Below, piece by piece: positions 23,627 through 34,305 of a stretch of DNA of 64,000 nt. The position numbers and the translations under genes are program-made. The stretch comes from Nemertoderma westbladi. Lineage: Eukaryota; Animalia; Xenacoelomorpha. The notes beneath the pieces are model-generated. The model was not told the origin of the DNA. It saw only the letters and a list, made by a program, of their open reading frames with translations, and ran no database searches. How positions within the stretch are numbered: the first letter of the stretch is position 1; each line of letters begins with the position of its first letter. The DNA is taken from assembly GCA_032718475.1 (NCBI GenBank), contig JAUCBJ010007186.1, positions 10,704 through 74,703 on the forward strand. Direction: 5' to 3'.

Positions 23627-25414
23627 ATGTTACAGCTACAAACAGACAAAGGACAGAAGGAACACAGAACAATGAGTTTCCCTTGGCTAAGAAAATCTAA
23701 ACGAGTTTTCCCAGTACCGGAAAGCGATACCGAAACCATGGAATCGCCGGCAATTAATTCACCAAAACGTCGGAGAATAGGTAGAGATGAAAAAACTAAT
23801 GAGACAATAAAACAAGAGGAGGTCGGCTTAAATAACGAGTATGGAGCTGTAAGTATGAATGACACGGATGGAACTGTAAGTATAGATGGAACTGTACCGG
23901 TACCGGTGAGTATGGATGGAACTGAAATGTTAATAAGCAGAACTCAACCACATGTTAATGACATCGAGAGACGCCGTGAAGAGAATCTCCGAATAAATCG
24001 TGAAGTTCTGGCGGAGTTGGGAATCGGTATCGGGAGTACCACCAGGCCTAATCCTGCAAGTCCTAAACGCAAAAATAAACCGGTTAAATACGAGATCAAA
24101 CGGAAGGATTATGTGACGGACCATGTTAGTAGAGAGCCGACGAGGAAGTCTGCCAGACTGCAAGGGAAGCCGGTACGGTCTCCCAGTAGTGCGGGGGAGA
24201 CAGAAGGGAATAGAACGGGGGGTTCTAGAACTTACAGTTCCACTGCGGTTGTGGATGTTGTACCTTATAACGTACCTTTACCGGAAGTCATAAAGGCCGA
24301 GTGTCTGGAGGTTTCTTACTTAGCGAAGTTGGTTAAAAAGGAAGTGGATTGGGAGGAGTCGTCAAGGACACTGCAGTCTCTTCTCTCGGAGGCGTCGTTA
24401 GCGGAGGCGTACCAGGTTACTGCGACGGAAGAGCGCGCGGTGGATACAGTGGCACGCATCAGTAGTCTCCGAGTGGAAGAGGAGTGGGTCAGGAAGGTGG
24501 TACCCGGTCGCGTGTTCTCATTGGCTTGGTTGGCGACCAATGAGAAGCCGACTGTGGTCGTCGGCGACAAGTACGGCCATCTGGGTGTCTGGAGCGTCTC
24601 GGACGGGGGTGTATACGTGACGCGGCCGCACAGCGGCGCTATCAACTGCGTGCGGTGTCCCACCGAGAAGCCCGATACGGTGTACACGACGAGTTACGAC
24701 GGAACATTCCGTGAGTTCCGGCTGCGTTCTGGACGGTTCCACCGGATGTACGCGGCGGACGCGTTGGTGACCTGGATGGACCGCGTGGACGCGTCCACCG
24801 TGCTACTGTCGCAACGGGACGGCTGTGTGACGCGACTCGACTTCCGGGAGGCCTCACGTCCCTCAGTCTGGAACCTGTCCGCCTCCGGATTCCGGTGTGT
24901 TTCTGTCTGTCCGGCCGCCGTCCCCCGCTACTTCGCCACCGCTGGCGTCGACGCCACCGTGCGACTGTTTGACCTCCGCTTCCCCACGAAATCCCTCGCT
25001 ACGCTCGGCCATGGCCGCGTCGTTAACTCAGCCTTATTTACGCCGCACTCTGGCGACAACCTACTCACCACCAGCGCCGACGACACCGTTAGGATATACG
25101 CCACTAGCGGCGTTATAGCGAACCACACTGCTGCCTCGGTTTCTATGAAACACAACAACTATACCGGCCGATGGCTCACTAAGTTCCGCGCGACTTGGCA
25201 TCCCAGACAGACGGATCTCTTCGTTATCGGCTGTCTGGACCGGCCCCGTAGAGTCGAACTCTTTAGCAGTCGGGGAGTTCGATTGGCAAACCTGTTCGAC
25301 GAGAATCTCACGACGGTTACCTCCATCAACGAGTTCCATCCCTCCCTAGACTACCTGGTGGGTGGAAACTCGTCTGGTAAACTATTTGTCTGGGGACCCC
25401 AAACTGGGCGGTAA
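23627..25414 (+). CDS. WDR76: WD repeat-containing protein 76 (CMR1 family), intronless
   Basis: N-terminal IERRREENLRINREVLAELG; WD40 propeller with GDKYGHLGVW, TTSYDGT, DATVRLFDLR, HNNYTGRWLTKFRATWHP and GGNSSGKLFVW, typical of WDR76/Cmr1. The start may be ATG 23627 or 23672. Confidence 0.9.
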   Translation: MLQLQTDKGQKEHRTMSFPWLRKSKRVFPVPESDTETMESPAINSPKRRRIGRDEKTNETIKQEEVGLNNEYGAVSMNDTDGTVSIDGTVPVPVSMDGTEMLISRTQPHVNDIERRREENLRINREVLAELGIGIGSTTRPNPASPKRKNKPVKYEIKRKDYVTDHVSREPTRKSARLQGKPVRSPSSAGETEGNRTGGSRTYSSTAVVDVVPYNVPLPEVIKAECLEVSYLAKLVKKEVDWEESSRTLQSLLSEASLAEAYQVTATEERAVDTVARISSLRVEEEWVRKVVPGRVFSLAWLATNEKPTVVVGDKYGHLGVWSVSDGGVYVTRPHSGAINCVRCPTEKPDTVYTTSYDGTFREFRLRSGRFHRMYAADALVTWMDRVDASTVLLSQRDGCVTRLDFREASRPSVWNLSASGFRCVSVCPAAVPRYFATAGVDATVRLFDLRFPTKSLATLGHGRVVNSALFTPHSGDNLLTTSADDTVRIYATSGVIANHTAASVSMKHNNYTGRWLTKFRATWHPRQTDLFVIGCLDRPRRVELFSSRGVRLANLFDENLTTVTSINEFHPSLDYLVGGNSSGKLFVWGPQTGR

Positions 25415-26290
25415 ACTGTTTGTCTGGGACCCCAAACTGGGCGGTAAACTGTTTGTCTGGGACCCCAAACTGGGCGGTAAACTGTTTGTCTGGGACCCCA
25501 AACTGGGCGGTAAACTGTTTGTCTGGGACCCCAAACTGGGTGGTAAACTGTTTGTCTGGGACCCCAAACTGGGCGGTAAACTGTTTGTCTGGGGACCCCA
25601 AACTGGGCGGTAAACTGTTTGTATGGGACCCCAAACTGGGCGGTAAACTGTTTGTCTGGGACCCCAAACTGGGCGGTAAACTGTTTGTCTGGGACCCCAA
25701 ACTGGGTGGTAAACTGTTTGTCTGGGACCCCAAACTGGGCGGTAAACTGTTTGTCTGGGGACCCCAAACTGGGCGGTAAACTGTTTGTATGGGACCCCAA
25801 ACTGGGCGGTAAACTGTTTGTCTGGGACCCCAAACTGGGCGGTAAACTGTTTGTCTGGGACCCCAAACTGGGCGGTAAACTGTTTGTCTGGGGACCCCAA
25901 ACTGGGCGGTAAACTGTTTGTCTGGGACCCCGAACTGGGCGGTAAACTGTTTGTCTGGGACCCAAAACTGGGCGGTAAACTGTTTGTCTGGGAACCCCAA
26001 ACTGGGCGGTAAACTGTTTGTATGGGACCCCAAACTGGGCGGTAAACTGTTTGTCTAGGACACCAAACTGGGCGGTAAACTGTTTGTCTGGGACCCCAAA
26101 CTGGGTGGTAAACTGTTTGTCTGGGGACCCCAAACTGGGCGGTAAACTGTTTGTCTGGGGACCCCAAACTGGGCGGTAAACTGTTTGTCTGGGACCCCAA
26201 ACTGGGCGGTAAAATGTTTGTCTGGGACCCCAAACTGGGCGGTAAACTGTTTGTCTGGGACCCCAAACTGGGCGGTAAACTGTTTGTCTG
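25376..26290. repeat. 33/34-bp minisatellite (GGTAAACTGTTTGTCTGGGACCCCAAACTGGGC)n, about 27 units
   Basis: Tandem array that begins inside the last WDR76 codons. Confidence 0.97.
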
Positions 26291-26852
26291 TTCACATTAT
26301 CATTGATGTTTCTGTATATCATTCATTAGATTAATCACTTTCATTTTAAATCATCGTAATTTAGATATCATGTCTTCGTTAATGCAGTTTTACTAATGCA
26401 GTTCATGTCTTACATTTTACTATGCAATATTATTTATGTTTTTAATATCTTTACATAAATAAATCATTATTTACATAAATATCTTAATATTTTTAATAAA
26501 GTTAAGAATATTCTGACTGATTAGTTTTATTTTGACACGAAATACGTGGCACCGAGAGGAGGGGGGGGGGGGGCACTCGTAAATTCCATTTCTAACTCCA
26601 TATTGTTTGTATTTATTTTTATTTTTTATTATTTTTTCTTGGAAAGGAAATTTGCATGTATATGGTACTGGCTCAGATAGAGTGAAAAATAATGTAAAAA
26701 ATATATTTTTTTCACAAATTTCTAAACCCCATAAAAGTACAGTATATATTATTCGGCGAGCTGATTTAAAATATCATACTTAAATATAAAGATAATAAAG
26801 AGCTAAAAAGTTATCAGCAATATTCTAAATAAATCGCTCTTATACTCAAGGT

Positions 26853-26945
26853 TAGGGATGTCCCGGAATTCCGGCGGTTTTTGAACGATTCCGGTTCCGG
26901 CCGGAATGGGGTCAATTCCGGCCGGAATTTTACCGGAATTACAAG
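26853..26945 (+). mobile_element. Possible isolated hAT-type terminus
   Basis: TAGGGATG followed by clustered CCGGAATT/TTCCGG subterminal motifs. No partner end was found. Confidence 0.35.
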
Positions 26946-27061
26946 GTTCCTATCTAGTTTGATCGTTGCAATTAGTTTGTTAAATTATTATCAAAATTTA
27001 TATATTTTTTTAACATATACTTACCAATTAGTTTAAGATACTTGTCAACACTTGTAGTTGT

Positions 27062-27258
27062 AAAAAAATAAACAAGTAAACTTTTATTCGGCAGTTAGAG
27101 CTACCACTTAAGGATGCAAGTCAGAGATGCGCCATGGCTAGTCCCATCAAGCATTCGTACCGAAACGAAAACTACCCTGGCCCTCATGTGGGGATCGTAC
27201 CCTCGACCTCCAGAGATATGTAAATTCAATGCAACCCTACACTAAGGTGGAGTCTAAC
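27062..27258 (-). mobile_element. Putative tRNA-derived SINE
   Basis: The minus strand has an A-box-like TAGTGTAGGG, a B-box-like GGTACGATCCC and a 3' end AATAAAAGTTTACTTGTTT. Confidence 0.45.
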
Positions 27259-27389
27259 TAACCTATGTAACGAGGGAAAATTGACTGCCACCGTGTTTTT
27301 TAAAGTGAATTCAGTCTTGATGGGTGAGACAAGATGGGAACTGGACGCAAATCCCATCTTGGCGAATTAATATCCCGCCTCAATGTTAA

Positions 27390-27531
27390 ATTCTAAATTT
27401 AGGGAAATGAGCAGGTTACAGTAGCACGGTATTTTAACCAAAACAATAAAAAAAATTTTTAAAAACTTTTTTTATTGTTTCGGTTAAAATACCGTGCTAC
27501 TGTAACCTGCTCATTTCCCTAAATTTAGAAT
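27390..27531. repeat. About 142-bp near-perfect palindrome (foldback or MITE remnant)
   Basis: ATTCTAAATTTAGGGAAATGAGCAGGTTACAGTAGCACGGTATTTTAACC... is mirrored around an A/T centre. Confidence 0.9.
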
Positions 27532-27599
27532 AAGTAAGTAGTTTTCAGATTTTGTCTGAGTCCGTATGTCAAAAGTATAGCTCCCGTGCTCCACTGGTA

Positions 27600-29540
27600 A
27601 CACGTAAGTACTTCAGCTGACCCAAGAGCACGGTAAATGGCATCATTACCTAGTCTGTGGTGGGCGTGACGGCTTTTGGTGTACTTGCATGTTAGTGCGT
27701 GGAGGGCTGACGGATCAACTATGGCGCCACACACACAGGGGTGTGATGAACAAACCGGAGACCCACAGCCATACCAAAATCATCATCTGCTAACCTTAGG
27801 CCAAGTGTAGCAGATGGCAAAGCATTCATCCAATCGCCAGATCCTGGCGCCTTGCACCCTTTAAGGCGAGAAAGAGAGCTAAGGTCAGATCGCTGGAAGA
27901 GGTTTTCAACCCGATGTTGCAGGATGGGCTCCATCCAATTCCGCTGACTGGATGGTTCTTCAGGAAGTGAGGGAACAGGTAGGCTTTTCCAAGAAGATAA
28001 TGCCACTGCATAGAATGGCAATGTGGAGACTGGCTCAATAATAATCTTTGCTATCAGGTCCCTATTCTTGTTTAGTGATGCAAGGAATGCGGCTGGTGCA
28101 GTGTGGGATACAAGTGGCACTCCTAACCCTCCTATCCGGCAGGGGAGCGTTGCCTGATCCCAAGAGTCTGGAGACATTTTTACGTTGGTGATTTCCTCCA
28201 GTGTATCTTTTAGTTCAGAGTCAAGCTGATCAGGTGCGAGGTCAGGGCGATGGAAGGTGGGTGAACTACGCAGTATATACGTGAGTTTAGGCATTGCCAT
28301 ACGGTTCTTCAGGAGGAAAAATGCATAATGATGTCCCAGTTTCTGAGGCGGGAGTGAAAGAGATGGAGCATTTCGACCTTCTCGTTGAGAGTATAACTCA
28401 GGGTATTACTTCCTAATGGTACCCCAAGAAGACATAGGTCATCCACAAGGGTTTCTCTAATACTGGGGCAGGCTGATTTGAAGGTGTCAAGGATTTGGTC
28501 ATGGCCATCTGGGTGGAGAATACACAGCTCACACTTTTCCTCATTCAGATAGAGTCCAATGTCTTCGCATGAGGAACGAAACTCCAAAAAATTTGAAAGG
28601 ACTATCTCCCAATTACCTGCTGAGTTCACATCATCTACATAACCTACCTTCAACTCTGTCTGGAAGATGGCAAGCTTTTGATGGAGGCCTTCACAAAAAC
28701 CTAAGACAGCCAGGGGATCACCTTGCTGGAAGCCCTCTTCAGATAAAATGATTTTATCACCAAATGGAAGGAATGAAGTGCCCTCATAACATAGATTGAA
28801 AAAGGGGATAAGCTCTGGGGCTCTTTCACAAGGCATTCTGCGACATGGTCCCTTCTCATTGTGTTGAACGCATTAGATAAGTCCAACTTTAAGATTACGT
28901 CTCCAACCTTGGCAGTATAGATGAAGTTACGAAGGGAGTGAACAGCTGCTTCACATCCGCCTGGTATACCAAAACCGAGTTGAGTAGGACAAAACTCAGT
29001 GGCAAATTTTGGAGAGACTGATCTGGTGGCACATCCACCATCAAGTTTCTGAGAAATTGCGGATGCCAAGAGTTCATCTGAATCTTTAGATGATGGAAAC
29101 TTCCTTTGTGACTTTGAGGGTTGCTTCAGTGATACGAGGGGTTTTGGATCCGGAAACTCACAGAATAGAACACATTGGCGGTTGATAAGGGATGCTAAAG
29201 ATGAGCGTTGTTTACGTCCACCCCGTTCTGGTCGTTTGAGACAAATGTAAGGGAAGAGGAAGAGTTTAGTCCAGGCCTGGTGGTCATTAATAGATAAGAC
29301 TCCCTGGATGCATGATTTAAGAGTTCTACATACCTGAACCCTGGATCCTCTTGGGATAAACCTAACCAGACGGACCCTTGCTGATTGTACTAGTCTGAGA
29401 AATGAAAGTGCAGATTCCATAGGGGTTGGTGATGATGGTGGCATTGAGGGTTGTGATGAGGGAGGATGTAATACGGTCGTAGGCAATGGAGGGATCTCAC
29501 TCTTAGACACCGAGGTTGAGTAGGTAGGCATAATAGACTT
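27600..29540 (-). pseudogene. CRE-clade (RLE-type) non-LTR reverse transcriptase, decayed and 3'-truncated
   Basis: Motifs QLGFGIPGGCEAAVH, KLDLSNAFN, GFQQGDPL, GYVDD, QATLPCRIGGLG, SGDWMNALP and the zinc knuckle CG..VD..ALHALTC. Several frameshifts. The RLE core was not seen. Confidence 0.85.
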
Positions 29541-29552
29541 TTAATCTTTTAA

Positions 29553-30914
29553 TCTACTTTTACAAGCGTTTGTTGATAGCTTAATACGCGGCGACGTTAG
29601 TCCAACTGCTGCAGAGGACGATGGTCGTTATATCGAACCGACAATGTCCCAAGTGCAGCTCTCGCGAGAGTTGGACTATAGAAAATTCGCTGCTCGATAT
29701 ACGCAGCGTAATGGTACGTATATGGGCTTCTTAACTACTGGTCATTCTATCGATTTACACGATACGGACTATGTCGAACATATCCTACCCAGAGGAGTCT
29801 AAACGATAAACCAAAATTCTAATGCGAAAATCCTATTAGAAATCGACTCGAAAGAAAAGACATTAAAGAAACAAATAAACGCGGTAACTCCAACATATAT
29901 TTGGAATTTTTGATAGAAGCATTGTAACAACAAATAAATATCACCCGCGTTTCTCCTTCAAGACTTGCGTCTTTGGTATTATTACGATAAATGCCCTAGA
30001 CCCAGCCAAAAAACGGAAAGACATAAACATCCACGGAAACGTTGTGTTAAACACAGTTGTGCTCGTTATATTTACTGAAGTTTCGAGCGAAACTTGTTTG
30101 ACGTATCACCTATGCTCACTCGGCTCGAACGATCCTGGAGTAAACCTACGATCAGAGTCCCGGAATACTCGGTCAAACCTCCTCATTCCTTAGTTGGACC
30201 TCAGACCTGCGATCCTGGTGGTGTCGCGGATCCTCGCGGACTGTATTCACTGTTCAAAGATCTAGTGCTACCCTAACAATTAATCGGTAACACTCCGACA
30301 GTGATTTCTAGCTAGCCGCCCATCTTACCTAGCCGGATTGTGACGCGGACACCTAATATCACTATCCCACCGTATGGTCGTCCCCGTTTAACGCGATACA
30401 ACCCTTCATCAAGGTGAAGGAGAGCGTTGTACGAAACGAGTTAAACGTTATTCTATAAAGATCAAAAAAGAAACCTGCGTTTGTTCAGATAAACGTAAGT
30501 TATAACAGTAAGTCCAATCGATAAACGAATTGGCCTTATCTCAGTTCGATTGGGAAATCTCGAATCTCTAAGAAGATATCAAGCTTAGAAAACCCTATTC
30601 TCTGCGAGAGTTTTGGACGAACGTATCCCATGACAAGCGGAGGAAAATCAGCTCGAGGAGAAGCATATCGAAATGGACGAGACACCGATCGTAACCCTGC
30701 ACCTTCTGATGCAATTATATTGCACCCTTCGCCTAGGAGCTACAGCCCTCCTCGTAAAGTGGCTCGCCCCAAAGAGAAAAGGACTCTTGCTAGCTTTAAA
30801 AAACTGCGTAAACGCCGTCCGCGCAAGAAAGACTAACTGTTTAAAGTATTTATGTATATTAGAAATTGTGATTTTGTATATTTTATAGACTTAAATCCCA
30901 TTTTCTGGGAGCGG
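29553..30914 (+). mobile_element. Truncated 3' internal segment of a tandem BEL/Pao copy
   Basis: Near-identical to about 44075-45436, and ends in the PPT just before the LTR at 30915. Confidence 0.93.
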
Positions 30915-32073
30915 TGTAAAAGCTTTTGTGGGATAACTGATTTGTTTGCCTTGCTAACCAGTTCCCCCCAGGCGCTAGAATACTTTAAAAAGGGATCTAT
31001 AACTCGAATAGCGCAAGCTACCGGCTGATTGGCTGATTCGCTGTGCGAAGGGATCTGGGCTACGTTTGATTGTCCAACCAGCTTGGGAGAGTATCTGCCA
31101 ATAGGATTTGAGTTGATTTTGATTTCGACCTATCACAGATCTACTGAACTGAATTTTCCTATCTGTATGCTCTTTCTCTGTGTTGGGTGGAAGCCTTTGT
31201 AAATAAGGTTATTCTTATCAGTTTTCAGTGTTGTTGGTCTTTCTGTCCTGAGCCAGGAGAGAAGGGCTTGTAAATATTTTGTGCTTTTCTGTTTTAGTCG
31301 AACACTAGTAGGCTTAATTATAAGGACATATATCCGTTATCATAACAAACTGATGACAATTCAAAACTTAACACACACTGAATCACTGTGCATACTTTTA
31401 TATTGTTATACTGCTATTTACTGTCAGTTCTTCATAATATGGTTGATGAATTATTATATTTGGAATAACGATAAATAACCCCGAAACCCAATATTCTTGA
31501 TATACCTAAGGTAAGAGAGAAAGGTTACATATAACGATTGTGACTTATGTTAAAGTGGTTTGAAGTGAATCTAATGTTATTTGATAGACCCTACATGAGT
31601 CAGTCCGTGTTCCTTTTATATATAACTAAAATCAGTGAAGATCGGCAGATCAGTGTGCAGTATTGTGCAGCATTGTGTATGAGTGAGTCTGATAACGAAG
31701 CATTTCCTAAAGAATGCGCCATATATGTGAATTATAACTAAGCCATATCGTTGTGAGTAGTTTAAGTCATAACTCTGTTTATATAGGTAAAGCGCCACGT
31801 CCTAAAGGAACTGTTAATATTCCCCGAAGGTGAATAATATTGTCAGAGATTATATAATACTGTCAGTCGAATAATACATTAGGCTTACATAGCAATAAAA
31901 TTAAGCCGTCGAACCCAATCTCCCGGGTATATCCAGCGGGTGAATGATCGCGCACAGATTGGTTTCGACTAGTGTAGTGAATTAAATACTTGTCATAGGC
32001 TAAAGGTGATTTATTATCTAGAAGACATCCTAATTTGGCGGGTTAAACTGCCAAAGGTCTGAAAGCGCGAACA
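30915..32073 (+). repeat. LTR of element B (1159 bp)
   Basis: TGTAAAAGC...GCGAACA. Confidence 0.96.
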
Positions 32074-32085
32074 ATAACGGATATA
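32074..32085 (+). promoter_or_regulatory. Non-tRNA PBS complementary to LTR 31329-31340
   Basis: ATAACGGATATA versus TATATCCGTTAT, identical to element A. Confidence 0.7.
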
Positions 32086-32409
32086 GCTTCTTTATTGCAG
32101 TAAGCAATAAAGTTGAAAGTACCGGTTGACCGGTAAACCTGAACCGGTACTTCTGTAGGTCAGTAGGTCCAACTGCCAGAACCGGTACTTCTGTAGGTCC
32201 GTAGGCCCAACTGTCCTAACCGGTACTTCCAGTATAAGTACATTAGTATTATTCGAATTTGATAATTATATAACGGTAGGTCTTAGTACTTAATCAGGGA
32301 ACGGCCGCCCTGGTTTTTTATTGAGATTTTTACTTATTTCTGTCAAGTTTTATTTGTTTGTAGGCCAGTATTGAACAGAAGGCGTGTAAGCCTGATCAGA
32401 TTGTACAGA

Positions 32410-32990
32410 CAATTTGTAGGCTGAGCTGTTGTCTGATTGTTATTAAGTCTGAACGGATTGCAGTGTGTGTAGATCACCTGTCCGATAAAGAACGGTTAGG
32501 AAGTAGGGGCAGCCAATGCTGTAAGGTAAACCCCCAACTAAAGCATAAGTCGTACTACTGGGTTAGAACGCATACTACCTAATCATTTCGGAGTCTGCAT
32601 GTCCTGTAGTTTATTTAGGCTTGAGAGTAGTCTGCCATCGTTTAGTCTGTACTTTGTTTGTGTAAGTCTGTACGGGTAGCGTATAATATTTATTTAGATA
32701 ATTTGTAGGCTGGATAGTTGTCTGGCTGTTATTAGGTCAGAACGGATTGCAGTGTGTGTAGAGCCTCTGTCCGATAAAGAACGGTTAGGAAGTAGGGGCA
32801 GCCAATGCTGTAAGGTAAACCCCCAACTAAAGAATAAGTCGTACTACTGGGTTAGAACGCATACTACCTAATCATTTCGGAGTCTGCATGTCCTGTAGTT
32901 TATTTAGGCTTGATAGTAGTCTGTCAGTGTTTGGTCTGCATTTTGTTTGAGTGGTTTGTACGCGTAGCGTAATATTTATTATTCAGAGTT
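32410..32990. repeat. 289-bp tandem duplication in the retroelement leader
   Basis: GAACGGATTGCAG at 32451 and 32740. The same duplication is in element A at 9165 and 9454. Confidence 0.85.
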
Positions 32991-34305
32991 TATGCGATTA
33001 TTCGCAACATTCATTCCCCAAGTTTGTTCCTACAATAATTGTGTTTGTTATACATACCGCTATAGTTAAATTAACCCCGGTACTACACGGGCTGCTTGGC
33101 GTAGGTAAAGACTGGTGATTTTGTGCACCGGTCACTCCAGCAGATGCCGTGGTTCTTTTAGCTGTTCAAGTATATTTAACTACTGATTATACTGTATGTT
33201 GTACAAGTACTCGTACCTAATTTAGGGTTTAGTGTACAGTGCTTTCCGAAAGTAATTTGTGTAGGCATTATATTTGTGTTGTAAAGTGGTTGATAGGCAC
33301 GTTCGATTAGCTCTATTAACTTCTAGGTAGGAACACTCCGTGATACATAACGTAGAACCTATAGCGATACGGCTATAGGTCGTCAGGCGGTGGAATTTTC
33401 CTATCTGGACAACGCAGTGTATTTACTACTACTTATTATTTTCAAATACCGTAGTACCCTGTCCGTTGTAATAACCAGATTTCTAACCCTTTGTTAGGCT
33501 GGTTTGTAGACTTCTTGTAAAATTACCCTGAAAATTCGTATTTTGTGTTTTTGTAAATTTTTGTGTTTATTTAGAGATTGTAATCTCACCCGAATTGTAC
33601 GTAATTAGTAGTATTAAGTAACTTAGGTAAATTAGTATTATTTGTTTTAGTGTCCTATAAGTAACACTTCACTGAAAGCGCACCGCTTTGTGTAGTGATT
33701 ACTCCCCAGAAATAATAACATTTATTTCAAACATTGACAAAACCCATTAAAACGGGTATATATATATATTATAAATCAAATCTAACGATTTATAAATAGT
33801 AGGCCTACCATACAACCATTAGGTCTCAATATAAGTTGGATTACTGCTCAAATAACGGTAATAAAGTAAGTAAAGTAACCAAGTAACCCTAAAATTCAGA
33901 AATTCAATTATTTAAAATAATTGATATACCGGTATTTACGATAGGCCTATTATCTTTATTTCTATAAATTTCGGCTGAAATTATACCGGTACTTGTAATT
34001 AATTCTAGTCCAGAATTATATATACTACAAACTGTAAACTGTATACCGGTATTCCGATAGGCCTATTATATATTTATATATATTTGTGCTAAAATTATAC
34101 CGGTATTCTGTGATAAACCTAGTCTGTAATAATACTTATATAGTTATATATACTATAAGCATACCGGTATTCTAATATATTATATATATCACGCTACACT
34201 GAGTAGCAGTACCGGTAATTAATTACTAGGCTAGCAGTTAATACTGAGTTACTAGACTTGCTCAGACTGTAATACAGCAGTAGACATTCAACTGTACACA
34301 TAAGC

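Noticed and set aside
25326-26322. Long overlapping ORFs on both strands
   Set aside because: They are products of the 33-bp minisatellite.
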